A DNA stretch of 64,000 nt from Amoebidium appalachense (taxonomy: Eukaryota; Protista; Ichthyosporea). A program made the position numbers and the translations under genes. Below are positions 35,378 through 57,551 of this stretch, one piece after another; position 1 is the first letter of the stretch; each line of letters starts with the position of its first letter. Below the pieces are notes generated by a model. That model ran no database searches and was not told where the DNA came from. It worked only from the letters and a program-made list of their open reading frames with translations. The stretch covers positions 8,351,408 through 8,415,407 of the forward strand of contig CAVNZM010000009.1 of the NCBI GenBank assembly GCA_963693365.1, read 5' to 3'.

Positions 35378-36588
35378 CTAATTCGTAGTTCTCTTCTGCT
35401 GTTTCCTGTTATAGCCTTTTCTGGGCCTGGCTGAAATATCCATCTAGTCGGTGTGTATGGACCTCAAGCCCCCACTGACCACCCACGTGCAGTTTGGCAT
35501 GGAGGATCTCGGCACAGCCCTGAGTGCACGTTTTGGCGAACAGCAGCCGACATTTGCAGACAACCGCCACCTGTTTTTGCGCATCGTCATGGGCAAAGTG
35601 CAGATGGAAATCACGGAATCGGATAGCGATTCGGAATCAGAGAGTGACCCAGAGCCAAAAAGGACGAAAACGGACGAAACGGACACGAGTCTACTGACAC
35701 CGCTGTGTTGTGTGGACGAGGGGATCAGGGATTACTGCTGGGCACAGGTGGTGGCAGGGTTGAAATTATTGCTCGATGAGGATGAGCTATTGCAGCAGAT
35801 GGGCGAGGATGTAATGTGTTTGCTATTGAATTCGAACGACTTACATATGCCCGAGATCGACATCTTTAGGGGTGCGGCAAAATGGGCAAAGTTGACGGGG
35901 AAACACATGTGCAAGGGAAGACCTAGCGCAACCACCCCGGACTTGGGGTACGAGTTGGAGGACTGTTGTGCGCTATCCGTTGAGGAGCCGTGACGAAACT
36001 TTAGAAGTGGAAGAGAGTGGCCTGGTATGTGATAGAGTACTGGTGCAGGCCTATAGAGCCCGGGCAGAGGGGCATTTGCATGGGAAGGGAGTTGTGAGGA
36101 CTTGGCCTAGGTATTGGCTACGCCCACGTTTGTCGCATCGTTTGGAGTTTTCACTGCCGGCTTTCACCGATGATCTGATCGGCACTATCGTTGGGCGCAA
36201 GGAGTTTTTATTCGGTGGATACATGTGGTGTTTTGAACTCGTGTACCATGTGCAAAAAGACGACAATCGGGGGGAAGAAGGCAAACCGGCTGGGAAAACA
36301 TTGCAGTTGCATCTGTATTTAATCTGGAGGGGTGTCTGTGATGGCCAAGGGCCAGCACCCGCAGGGGTGATTGCCTTGCTTGCTGTCCGGTGCAAGTCGC
36401 TGCCTGGCGCTCCAGAATTTAGGATCACTGCCCATTATTCTGATTTTAAGGATATCAAAGACAGCAATCATTGGGGTCGGGCTCTCCTCTATCGCTTGAA
36501 GCGTAATGCCATGCCCCCAGCTCTGGCCGTAGGTTGTACACTTCCATTGGAATACGGTTTATTTGTGAAGCCATACGGTTCGTTTTAA
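32651..36588 (+). CDS. BTB/POZ-BACK domain protein; exons 32651-32800, 34996-35181, 35493-36588; one frameshift near 35960
   Basis: LCDVTL..FNVHRVIM|AGAGDVWEALL..GFLEAGQRVICI..VNAADK|FGM join in frame at GT-AG sites. BACK-like LLNSNDLHMPEIDIFRGAAKW and VRYPL follow. May be a pseudogene or contain a sequencing error. Confidence 0.8.
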
Positions 36589-36658
36589 TCATGTGGTGAT
36601 TGTGATCGTGTTGTTTTATAAGGCACGTTTTTCTTGAAGTTCCTTTCCTTCCTTTTAT

Positions 36659-36689
<31 letters not shown>

Positions 36690-36737
36690 GGGGGGGGGGG
36701 GGGGGACGACCTACATGATTTGGGGGGGGGGGGGGGG

Positions 36738-36877
36738 TTTGAATGCGGAACACGGTACGAAGTACGCATACACGACAAGAAGCATGGTGCAGGACACATG
36801 CAAAGGCAAACATTCAAGTATGCAACATCAGCCATGTGCACAGTATGTGTCATAAGCAGAGCCCATCCTCAGGGAGG
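36738..36877 (+). repeat. 140-bp dispersed repeat, copy 1
   Basis: Highly similar to 48491-48630; both are preceded by a G run. Confidence 0.9.
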
Positions 36878-37367
36878 ACCCAAGTCATCAATTGCGTCTG
36901 AGTTTCGACCCCTTAGCCCGCGTATATACGACGCTCCAACTCAGACAGCAGCATCAACTGAACTTAGGCGGGTCAACCCGTCTTGATCAAAGACGAGCAG
37001 GGTTGCTCATGCAAGCAAGGTTGGCAAAACGGTGAAGAGGGGGGGGGGGGGCGACCTACATGTTTGGGGAGGCTACATCATTATGTAGAATTAGGCTAGC
37101 AAATTGTCAATAGTGTTTGCTTTGTGCACGTGACTCATTCTCCGAGGCTCAGAATTTTCTCCTGCATATGCATGTGCAGCTGCATGTAAGCATATTAACC
37201 CACACGTTCCGGTGATCAGGTGATGACACTTTAATTCATATGCATATTTGTTAGCTGTTATCTCACCAGTAGGCTGGCCTATGTCACATACAGTACTATT
37301 AGTAAATTATTATCAACCTCACAGCACGTATACCCCACGTACACGTGCACGGCCATGGCTGTGTGGC

Positions 37368-37428
<61 letters not shown>

Positions 37429-38073
37429 TTTTTGGGGGGGGGGAGGGGGGGGGACATCGACAGCCTGCCGAGCTTTTTGAACACAGTCCATCGATACAGA
37501 TCTACACCCAGGGCCTCACAGTAACCGTATTAAAACATCACATGGTCCACCTCTGTGGGGTACATGTTGGCTCTTATATGGCCACAGGACTTCATTAGAC
37601 CCATTCGTACAGAATAGCAAATCAAGTATGGAACCCAAACACCACACTGTGCACAGTCAGATGAACAACGCATATGCTCGTGAAAGTGTGTGTTTGTCAC
37701 CGTGTGACCGTTGCGTGTTTTGCTGTGTGCGGGCCGGGCGCAAAATGTGTGTGTGTAAGTGTCTGCCTGTCTGTGTGTTGTGTGTGAATGTGTGTGTGTC
37801 TAGCATACATCTGTATGATACCACTGCTGTTAAATTGGAAGCTACGCGCCGCGTGCACACATGCTTAAAGCGCTTTCGAAACGCCTTTACAGATTAGCTT
37901 CAGACTCTATGTCTGCATTCTTTAGGATTCATTTTACATGGCAATCGCAATATCTAGAAAAAGACATAGCACCATATTTAGGCGAAGCAAATTATCTACT
38001 CTGACGATACATTATAGCGTACCACTGACGTAAAAAACAACTTTACGCCGCAAAATGCTGAGATAGACCTTAA

Positions 38074-39294
38074 TTACATTTGAATAACGCCATCCCCCCA
38101 CACGGTCACCATATCCTCCAAAGCAACAAACACCTCACCGCTATCATGATCGAGCGCAATCGCCTTAGGCCCCCCACCCCACTTCCCTGAACTCCCGCCC
38201 AAAAACCCCTGAAATTTCCCATCGCCACCAAACACCTGCACCCTCTGATTGCCATAATCGGCGACCAAAACCCTCCCATCCCTATCAATCGCCACTCCAA
38301 AAGCATGTTTCAACTGTCCCTCCGCGGACCCATGCCCGCCCCATTTCCTCACCTCCCTCCCCCTCTCCCCCTCCAACACCACCACACATTGCTCCTCCAA
38401 CAAAGTCACAGCGACCTCCCCATTCGGCCCACACGCCAACCCACATGGGCTCCCGCCCAAAAACCACTGCCCCACCACGGCCCCTTGCCCGGCCAAAACC
38501 ACTACCCGATCAGCGGCGTCAGCAACCACCAATCTCCTCATAGGATCAAACGCCATCCCTTCAACCAAACCAAACTGTCCGGGACCCTCTCCAAACGTTC
38601 CCAACGACCCCAAAACGACGCCCTTTGAGCTCATAACCATTATAGGAACTGTAAGGCAACTCACAAACACAGTCCCGTCCGCCGCGACTGCCAACCCTCT
38701 TGGCTCGCATACTTTTAGTTCCCATTCCAACGTGCCCGTCGCTTGATTCCACGCGCTCACCTTCCCGTCCCCCCAGTCTGCAACGTAGACTAGCCCCCCG
38801 TGTACAGCGAGCCCGTATACGTTTTTGAATTGGCCTTTTCCTATGCCGAGCGCGCGTCCCCCGCCAACGCATGGTTGTGTAGTCGAGTCGTTGCCTGTGT
38901 GTGGAAATGGATGTCGGGGGGAGGGGGGAGAGGGGGGGGGGGGGGGGGTAGGGGAGTGTAGGGGTGTAGGGGAATGTGGGGAGGGGGGGGGGGGGGGGGG
39001 GGGGGGGGGAGGGGGGGGGGGGGGGGGAGAAGGAGAGCGAGAGAGAGATGTGTGTGTGTGTGTGTGTGTGTGTGTTGTGTGTGTGCGTGCGTATGTGTGT
39101 GTGTGTGTAAGGGGGGAGGTGGGGTTTAGAACGCGTTGCTAGAGAACGAAGTACACATTCACGCCAACAATAGGGTGCCGATTTTGCAGAGCACATATGG
39201 AGTTTGCATGAGGGAAGTGGAAATAAAGATCACTCTACAAGTTCACTTTGTTTTCACCCTCTTTTCTATCTCTCCCCTTCCCCCTCCCTCCCAT

Positions 39295-39344
<50 letters not shown>

Positions 39345-39933
39345 AATTCCCCTTTCTTCTCTCTCGCCCTCGTCTCTCTCTCCCTCCCCCTCCTCCCCCG
39401 CATCTCCGTCTACCTCCCCCCCTTCTTTCTCTGCCTCCCTCTCTCTCATTCCCCTTACCTCTCTCTGTCCCCCTTCCCCTCATCTTTCTATCCCATTATC
39501 TTATTCTCCATCCCCCCCACCCCCCCACCCCCCCCCCCCCCTTGCCCCCCTCTCCACCGCCACCACCTCCACCACCAACACCGGCACCACCACATAAACA
39601 CTCCCCCCCTCCCCTCCTCCTTCCAGAACATGCCAGTTACCCCTCCATTTCTCTAACTCTTCCAAAGCCCATCACATACCACCACCCGTTATCTGCCCTT
39701 CCCGATTTTCCGGCTTCCTTCTTCAGCCAGACAAACCAGCAACGTCACCAACAGAAAATCGCAGGAAACGGATATGGGGCTCACTGGGGCAAGAAGGGGC
39801 AAGCAACGTGTGGTGGGAGGAGGAGAAGGAAGCGCCGGGGGGGGGGGGGGGGGGGGGGGATGGGGGGCAAGGGGGACTCGGGGGATGGGGGGGGGTGGGG
39901 GGGGGGGGGGGGGGGGAGGGGGAGAGAGGGGGG

Positions 39934-40031
<98 letters not shown>

Positions 40032-40167
40032 GGGGGTGGGAGGGAGGGGGGAGGGAGCAAGGTGCTGAACTTGGGAGGGGGGTGTGGGGGGGGGAGGGGG
40101 GAAATGGGGATGGGAAGGGGGGGGGGGGGGGGGGGGGGGGAGGGTAGGTGTGTGTGTTAGGCAGGAA

Positions 40168-40199
<32 letters not shown>

Positions 40200-40565
40200 G
40201 TGTGTGTGTAGGGCAGGAAGAGGGGGGGGGAGGGGGGGGGGGGGGGGGGGGGGGGGATAATACGAAGGGAGTACCTAGGTGGTGGTGGGTTAACACTGCT
40301 CTGCACTGGCAGCTGAGAAAGACTCATATTACTCAACAATTCATCTGGTTGCAGCACATTAAAGGCACGTGCCTCCCTTATCAAAAGCGATCTTCGGTGG
40401 GGGTCTGTGGGTATAGACCCCGCCTTAGGGTTCGATAGGTAGTCAAGTAGAAGACCAAAGGCATATGCGTCTCGATTGATGAGAAAGGCGTCGTTTTCTT
40501 GGCAGAGTCGGTCAATGTGTGAACCGAATAGCTTCTGTAGAGAGAGAGAGAAAGGGGAGGGAGAA

Positions 40566-40602
<37 letters not shown>

Positions 40603-41061
40603 AGAGACAGGGGGGATGGGGAAGGGGGGGGGGAAGGGGGAGGCGAGAGGAAGAGGAACAGATGGGAAAAGGTGGGGGGAGGGGACGAGGGGATGGTTAA
40701 TATGATGCTCATATGTATGGCTGATTGTCTGGTGTGTGTGTTTTTTTTTTTTTTTTTTTTTTTGTGGGGGGGGGAGGGGGGAAGGGGGGGGGGGGGGGGG
40801 GGGGAGTGAGGGAGGGAGAGAGGGAGGGAAGGAGTAAAAGAGGGAGGGAGAGGGGGGAGAGAGGGGGGGGGGGTGGGGGGGGGAGAGAGAGAGAGAGAGA
40901 GAGAGGAAAGAAGGGGGGTGGGAGAGGGGCAGGTGTAGAATAATAATGTTGGTAGGGCTGGGTAATGCTGTAATAATGATTGTAATTTGGGTACACAGAC
41001 AAGCATGGTCTTTTCCTTTTTTCTCGGGTTTAATGGCTCTCTCTCTTCATCTCCTCTCCCT

Positions 41062-41110
<49 letters not shown>

Positions 41111-41119
41111 ACACACACA

Positions 41120-41182
<63 letters not shown>

Positions 41183-42631
41183 GTGTGTGTGTACACGTGA
41201 ATGTGTGTTTGTGTGTGTGTGTGTGTGCGCGCGCGCGGGTGTGTGTGCACGCACGTGTGTGCTTGTCTGTGTGTGCGCGCGCGTGAGCGAGTGCGTGCGC
41301 ATGCATGCATGCAGGTGTGGTGTGCGCGCCTACCCTTGAGCAGACATATGCATCCCACACCCCTAGGTCATTGCAGTAAGTGTGCCATGTGCATATAGTT
41401 GTAATTGTGTGCATGTTGCTTCCGATTTTGCATGTAGTTGCACGATGGTATTGGGGTAGAGGTGTTGCATGTGCATCAGGGCACAGGCTGGAAACAAATG
41501 TATATTGAGAGAATGTGGGTGAGGGAGCTCCACGACTCAAACGGAGGATGGAGGTGGGGAAGGCTAGGGGCAGGGAGTCGAGGGGGGATGGATGGAATGT
41601 AGAACACACCACGACGAAAGGGGCGCAATAGATAGCAACGTGCAGTACATAAAATAAAGGTGAACAGACATAGAAAGCAACCATCCCCACTCTGTAGCAC
41701 CACAGCTTTATATGCAGGTTGGAGGTAAAGGGGGGAGGAAGGAGGAGGGAGGGAAGGGAGGGAGGGACGGAGGGGGAGGGGGGGGGGGGGGGGGGGAGGG
41801 GGGGGGGGGGGGGGGCATGTGTTTGACGGGGGCAAAGATGAAGGCAGACAAAAAAGTAACCGCAAAAACGAAAGCAGAGTATCGGAACCAAAGCAAACGC
41901 AAAGGCAGAGTTATGACCCCACAAAAAGTGTTCCGGCACTTAACTCTCTTCCGTTTTGCTCTCGACACACCCAATGTTCAAAATAAAAACCCCTTAAAAA
42001 AAACAAAAAAAACAAGTCAGGTCGTCTTGAGGAAGAATAAGAGGGGGGGGCAACGTGAGGGGTGTGTGTGTGGCGGTGGTTGGGGGAGAGCGGGGGAGGA
42101 GATGAAGGGGGGGGGGGAGGGGGAGGGGAGGGGGAGGAGTTGGAAATGGGGACCGACCTCCATGGTGCCTCTGCTTACAAGCAACCGTGTGCCTTTCACG
42201 TCTACCTTCAACAAAACATTGCCATATTCAGGCTCGTCTTTCAAAAAGTCCAAGTTCTCCTTGGCTAGATTTTGCGTTAGCTTTGCCATTCTTTCCCACT
42301 CCGCACGTGTTGGTGGAGTGTTTATAACGTCTTCAGATGTCGTGCGTGTACCGTTTAGACCACTCGATGGTGCATTCGTTCTTACGCTAGTGGGTGGATT
42401 ATTAGCTGTACTAGAGGCTAGAATTTCAGCAGTCCGAGAGAGTGCTGACGTTGCAGCTTGATTTGCTTGATTAACCTGCTGTGTTTTTTGCTTGTTTGCA
42501 CCTTGTACGCCCTGTTTTACTTGTTGTTGTTGGCCTGTGTTTGGAGGTAATGGCTGTGTGCTACTCTGTACTAGCGTGGTTGCTGGTGTTTTCTTGGTTG
42601 CCTTAGCAACCTCCTTCTCCTTTCCTCCCAT
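38074..42631 (-). CDS. KCTD-type BTB (T1) domain plus C-terminal NHL-repeat beta-propeller protein; multi-exon, middle exons not fully resolved
   Basis: Exon 1 (42631 to ~42158) ends LKVDVKGTRLLVSRGTME|GT. An exon at ~40535-40275 reads FLINRDAYAFGLLLDYL..LLIREA. The last exon (~38895-38074) has NHL repeats (GEGPGQF, GQLKHAFGVAIDRDGRVLVADYGNQRVQVF). Confidence 0.75.
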
Positions 42632-42945
42632 GAGTTATCGTTCGTGATGACAAAGGGGTGCGATGGTGGGGGAGATTAGGGGAGGAAGGGGAGGAAGGGG
42701 AGAGAGGGAAGAGGGTGGGACGAAAGGGAATCAATGGAGGAGGGGGGGGAGGGTGGGTTGGGGGAGATGGGGAAGGGGTTCCGGAGGGCCACGATCAATA
42801 GATTGCCATAACCGTTGGCATGTCCTCAGAAAAACTTAGTTCATGGATTCCGGCCATGGCAGTTTGAGCCGGCGCCAGCGCAGAGTAGGATCCTGCCTTG
42901 CGCCAGCCCGCCGGCCAGCCACCCTGAGTGAACACAAGGTCGCTA

Positions 42946-42959
42946 CTATGACGTCATAG
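42946..42959. promoter_or_regulatory. 14-bp palindrome containing a CRE (TGACGTCA) in a probable bidirectional promoter
   Basis: CTATGACGTCATAG lies midway in the ~600-bp gap between divergent ATGs at 42631 and 43238. Confidence 0.5.
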
Positions 42960-43237
42960 ATAATTACTTTAAATAGATCTCGAAACCCTGATTATGATTT
43001 TAAGAGTAAGCCTTAGTAGACTATTCAGTATGGGAGTTTTAACTGGCTTAATATGCATCCCTTACGTAAGGCTGCCGCACCATGCCTTGCGTAACCGCAC
43101 CATGCCAGGTCACGATTTATGTGTATGTGTGTGTGACGAAACGTTAGCATTTGTGAGTCCTTGGCCCTAGGCCTTAGCCATGTTGTGAGGCGTGCGAGCT
43201 AGAATGGGGTTGTATGCATGTTCATTCAATTTGAGGG

Positions 43238-45391
43238 ATGAGACAAATGGCACACCTACACTCCATGGTCGGTAGGCCACTAGTGTCTGTGCTGCGAAGA
43301 TCAACGCAAAAAGCACACCTGCCATTCGGTTTTCACTCCCGTTCTGCCGCCAAGTTTATAAACACAAGAAATTTACCGGTCTTTAAATGTGCTCATGTTT
43401 ACAGGTCACCATTTAATATCACTTACAGTTGTATGTTCATCAGCACGCTAGGCAGTAGTGACACCCAGCATAGCAGCAGCGAAGAGTTAGCTGGACAGAC
43501 AGAGGTGAAGGAGAATGACGGTAAAACACACATCCCGGACCCTTCGCACCAGAAGGAAATCCCGGTGCAAAACACAACTTCGGCATCAGATGAAACAACA
43601 TGTGCCGAGTTTTTCCGCGGTTATTTTAGCCGACCGACGGCAGTGTCCGAAGAGCACGCCCTCGAGCCTTTCGTCAAGAACATGAAAGCGGCAACGACGT
43701 TAGAAGCCGCCCAGATTATTTTGGAACCACACGTCGCGAGTAAGTTTGTTTTTTTGAATGCCGAGAATCTGGAGTTAACTCTCTCGACGATAGCAAGGTT
43801 GACGAAACACGCACGCAAGATGAATGGGTTTGAAACGCATTGCGACGCAATTGAAGCCAGCAACATTGGCCCATCGGTGCAAGCCCTCGTCGAGCGCATT
43901 CCTTTTATCATCCACCTCACCACGGGGAGTTCTGTTGCGCATCTCGCTGCAAGTGTTGCTGTAATTTGCAAACCGGAACAGGCGTCATCGGTCGTTGCCA
44001 TGAACTCGTTGTGCGATCGAGCAAACTATGCCCATTGCACGCTCAACGAAATCTCCTTACTGGCAGTTGCCGTTTCCAAGTTTGCCAACGAGTCCCCAAA
44101 GGCACATTCCCTTTTTTCGGGGCTTATAATCCAGCGAATACGTGCTGTGAAAACATCGACACCAGTGAATCCTCTCGATTTGCTTTTCTTGCTGGAAGCA
44201 ACCGTTCGTATGAAGGTGAAGGATCGACATGTCATCGATCGTTTGACAGAGTTAACGGCGGGGGCGATCCAGGACGTTAACGGGCATAGACTAGTGCAGG
44301 CAGCCAAATTGCTTGCCCTTTTGGGGGTAAATGATGAGCTGATGTGGAGCAGAGTGGCAAGACGAGCAATCACGGTGAGGGATTCGTTGACATCGGTAGA
44401 CGTGGCTGTGCTTTCGAAGATTTTATCGTCGGTAGGTATTATAGGAACACAGGCGGTTGCGGAGATGTTGTCAGAACGACTATTGCAGCCGACGCCCCCG
44501 CCGAAGGGGATTAAAAGCCAAGAGGTTGGAAATGTGACGAATGGGACGGCGGTGGTGAAAGAACTGGGTGTTCTCGTTCAGTCAAAGGCAAATTTAGCGC
44601 TCCATCTTCTGGAAACATACACTAGCCAATTAGCACGCCAAGCAGCCAACATGAGAATAGACGAAGTGGCTATTGGAGCGGAGTATTTGGTGAAGCTCGG
44701 CATGCCCATCGGAGCGCCAAACATGGATCTACTGGCGAAGAGAGTTGTGAAACGGATTGATGAGTTGTCCCCGGCTGGATTAGTCCATATAACACGTGCT
44801 TTTGCGCAAGCGAAAGAATTCCCACATGGGTTCAAGGATGCGATTGTTGGCAGGACGACAGATGTGGCGAAGGAATTGAAGGGATGGGGGGCTGTTAGCG
44901 TTCTTTATAGCTTAGCATGTATGGGTGTAGAGGGGAAAGAACTGTATAGAGAGCTTTGGGGTAGGGTTAAACCTGATGTTGAATCGTTGAATGTGGTTGG
45001 TTTGCAAATGGTAGCGGCGGCCGCGGTTAACCCAATCACGTGCCCTCCTGTTAGCCTTATTAGGCAAGTGATTAGTTTGGGTGCGAAAAGTGGGGTTGTT
45101 AATTGTATGGATACATGGGGGATCATTGCATTTTTGGAGTTGTCGTGTATGCGTGAGGAAGTGGAGGGGGAAAGAAGTAAGTTCTTGTTGCGAGCTAGGC
45201 GCTGTGTGCATGCGTTAACACCGGCGCAGTTGGTGAGATTTGTGCAACTTTGTGTGCGTATGGGGTGGGAGGAGGACGTTCCTCTGTTGCATAGGTTGGC
45301 TAAGCAATGGTTGGTTTTGAGGGGGCAGCTTAGCGAGAGGGAGAGAGAGACACTAATGGATCTGTTCTATGATTTGGGGTTGGAGGTGTAG
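43238..45391 (+). CDS. Intronless 717-aa helical-repeat protein (OPR/HPR/FASTK-like), probably a mitochondrial RNA-binding protein
   Basis: Long clean ORF; basic Arg/Ser-rich N-terminus lacking acidic residues; ~35-38-aa repeats such as IDELSPAGLVHITRAFAQ and AKELKGWGAVSVLYSLACMG; no RAP domain recognised. Confidence 0.65.
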   Translation: MRQMAHLHSMVGRPLVSVLRRSTQKAHLPFGFHSRSAAKFINTRNLPVFKCAHVYRSPFNITYSCMFISTLGSSDTQHSSSEELAGQTEVKENDGKTHIPDPSHQKEIPVQNTTSASDETTCAEFFRGYFSRPTAVSEEHALEPFVKNMKAATTLEAAQIILEPHVASKFVFLNAENLELTLSTIARLTKHARKMNGFETHCDAIEASNIGPSVQALVERIPFIIHLTTGSSVAHLAASVAVICKPEQASSVVAMNSLCDRANYAHCTLNEISLLAVAVSKFANESPKAHSLFSGLIIQRIRAVKTSTPVNPLDLLFLLEATVRMKVKDRHVIDRLTELTAGAIQDVNGHRLVQAAKLLALLGVNDELMWSRVARRAITVRDSLTSVDVAVLSKILSSVGIIGTQAVAEMLSERLLQPTPPPKGIKSQEVGNVTNGTAVVKELGVLVQSKANLALHLLETYTSQLARQAANMRIDEVAIGAEYLVKLGMPIGAPNMDLLAKRVVKRIDELSPAGLVHITRAFAQAKEFPHGFKDAIVGRTTDVAKELKGWGAVSVLYSLACMGVEGKELYRELWGRVKPDVESLNVVGLQMVAAAAVNPITCPPVSLIRQVISLGAKSGVVNCMDTWGIIAFLELSCMREEVEGERSKFLLRARRCVHALTPAQLVRFVQLCVRMGWEEDVPLLHRLAKQWLVLRGQLSERERETLMDLFYDLGLEV

Positions 45392-45516
45392 TGGGGTGGT
45401 AGAAAACACAAGCAGAAAGGTGGAAAGGCAGGGCCCCGGTAATTTTTTATTAAGATTCTGATTAATATCAATTGTTTTTTTGTTTTTTTTCTTTTCTTTT
45501 TTGTTTTTTTTTTGCT

Positions 45517-45564
<48 letters not shown>

Positions 45565-45729
45565 AGGGGGGGGGGGGGGGGGGGAGGGTAGATGAATATG
45601 CATGACAATGTACGAATGTATGAAATGTATTGACCGTAACGAATCTTGTATGTAACATCACTCTAACATGGTGAATGATTACGATCTGGCGTGACTAGTG
45701 AATAACACTTCTTCAGCCCCGAGTGTGGA

Positions 45730-46300
45730 AATGCAGTGTGGATGTGTGAATGTAGACAAGTGCCTGTGGATATGTATAAATATGTGTGTGGATGTATGAT
45801 ATGGATGTGTGTGCATGTGTTTGTGGATAAGTTTTGCGTGGGCATGTGTGTGGATCAGTGGATGTGTGGGCATCTGTGTGTGAATTTGCGTGTATGGATA
45901 TGCTTGTGCGTGGATATGCATGTATGGATATACGTATAGATAAGTTTGTGTATGTGTGTGTGTGGATATGTGCAGATATGTTCGTGGAAATGTGAAGTTG
46001 TGTGTGTGGATATGCACACACATGCTTGTGTAGATATGTGTGTGCGGGTATGCGCATGTGGATATGCAGGCCTGGATATGTGTGGATGTTCTTATGTGGG
46101 TATGTGTGTCACCGGATATAAGGCATGTGTGTAGAATTTCGTGTTTGGATATGCATGTGTGGATATACTTGTGTGGATATGCTCATGTGGGGATGCATAT
46201 GTGTGGTTCATGATATTCATGTCTGGATATGCATATGTGATATGGTTAGATATACTTGTGTGGATATGTTAGATATAATGGTGTTGTGTGTGTTTGTGCA
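45730..46300. repeat. Degenerate GTGGATATG/(GT)n low-complexity tandem array
   Basis: Many GTGGAT(AT)G units embedded in TG-rich sequence. Confidence 0.8.
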
Positions 46301-46427
46301 AGTGTAGATTTTCGAATTACGTGTGTGCGTCTCCTAAGGTCTATACGTGCCAAGTTCTGTGTCTGTTATTTTTGTGTGTGGGTGATGTAGGGGTCCCGGG
46401 GTGGGGTGGGTGGGTTGACCAAAGGAA

Positions 46428-46471
<44 letters not shown>

Positions 46472-46702
46472 TCTTCAAAGTTCAAGGGGCCCGGGGGGAG
46501 GGGCCTAGACCTGCATAGGGAGTTAATCATTTGTAAGACTTTGATCAGATAAAAAAACTGAAAAAGTAGGGATATAGGCAATTAGATCGAGGGTTAAGAG
46601 GATGGATTTCACACTTTTCAATTGCTTCATTGTATGTGCATGCTCCGGGCTTTCCTTTGACCATCCCAGGGGAGCTCCAGGCCCTAGGGGAGGGGGTGGG
46701 GT

Positions 46703-46742
<40 letters not shown>

Positions 46743-46899
46743 GTTCGCAAGGCTGGCGTTTTTTGGGGGGTGGGGTCACTGTGTCGTAAATGAGGGGGGC
46801 GGGGGGCCAGCTGCAAGGGTATCACTAGGCCTCAGGGCCGGGCCTGATGGTTTGACGGGGCAAGGGTGTGGGGATCTTGGTGGTGATGGTGGTGCCCGT

Positions 46900-46960
<61 letters not shown>

Positions 46961-47155
46961 CACAGCTTGGTGATTAATGGGGGGGAAGGGGGGAGAGGAG
47001 GGTCACTATAGCCACAGTATACACGTCTCGTAATGAGGGGCGGGAGGGGAGGAGGGAGGATCCAGAGGGGGGACGGGGGGGGTAGGGGGAGGGGATGCGG
47101 GGGGGCGGGGGAAGGGGAGGGGACACTGACTGCCTTGTGTTTTTTTTTTTTTTTT

Positions 47156-47186
<31 letters not shown>

Positions 47187-47540
47187 GGGAGGAGGGGGGG
47201 GGGGGGTCACTACAGTATAAATAGATCGTGAATAGAGGGGGGTTGAGGGGGGAGGGGGAAGGGGGGAGGGGGATTGGCGAGAGAGGGGGAGGGGGGCCAT
47301 TTCCAGTATATTTGTCTCGTAAATAGGGCGGGGGGTGGGGGGGGGGGGGGGGGGGGGGGGATGGGGGGGGGGAGGGGGGGTGTCACTGTTCGTTATATCT
47401 AGATAATGTACTTCCGGTGTACATAGTTTTGGCGTGCAAAGAAAAAGTTTATATAAAACCCAACTAAAAAGTAGGAATATTGCATTAATGTGTGTGGACT
47501 CGAGCGGCAAAACATGAAAAGATGATATTGTACCTTCATG

Positions 47541-47583
<43 letters not shown>

Positions 47584-48083
47584 GTGTGTGTGTGTGTGTG
47601 TGTTGGGGTGGGGGGGGTGAGGGGGGAGGAGGAGGGGGAGGGGGGAGGGGGGGGGGGGGGGGGGGGGAGGGGGTCAAGCAAGCGAGAGCTCGAGTTCACC
47701 AGCAATTGTCTTTTTTTTTTTTTTTTTTTTTTTGCCGGGGGGGGGGGGGGGGGGGGGGGGGGGATGTATCAAGCAATGTCTTCGAATGTTAGTGAACAAT
47801 ACGGATTGCAGGTTGTGCACAGCACAATTCTACTACCATTAATAAAAATGTATTACACCAAACACGCCATACACGGCAAGTGACTAAAAAGGCAGTTAGT
47901 CTTGTTATTCTGGATCTTTTTTTGTTACTCTGTCACTTTTGTTGCTAAAAAGATCCATTTATTGGTTGAGCTAAAACAGCGAGGAAAAAAATATAAAAAA
48001 TATTTATAGACAATCCTTGTTCATTTAAAATGATCCACATGACGTGGGCCAAACCCATTACGTGATCTCAATCCAATCAACTC

Positions 48084-56963
<8,880 letters not shown>

Positions 56964-57551
56964 GTTTCTCCTCGAAAATCTCTACGTACTGTGCTCCTCT
57001 GAAACCAACTTCTTTACCGTAGCACTGTTCTATGCCCTGAGTATAATACAGTCACGTTAAATATGTACTTTAATTGTGATTCTATAGGTACGCAGGGAGA
57101 TATAAAACACAACCAAACTGGCGTGTGCTTTTCTGTTTCGCGCTGAGCCGGTTATATACTTGTGTTTACGTGTTGCAGGATGATCGTTTTGCGCGGATCT
57201 ATGGTGCTCTTTTATCCAATGAAAATGCGCGAGCTTTTTCCTGTTTCAACCGTTTTTTCGATCAGCACATTTCTACCAATAGGAACACCACATATGTAGC
57301 CTTAATAGTCCTTGCTAGCTAATGCGATTGGTTGAGGCAGACGCACCAATAGGAGAATGGCAGATCTGTTTTGGCTCACTAAACCAAAGCCTTCGAAAAT
57401 TCCGGAAGCGTGACTGTACACAGTACACCAACCGCAAAACAAAAAGGATATAAACCTAACAACCGAACTAGCACAAGAAAAAGAGCATAACACAGCTAGA
57501 CCCTTCACTATAAGCAAAGAAGAACCCTTGTCCACCATTGTACTCCATCTC

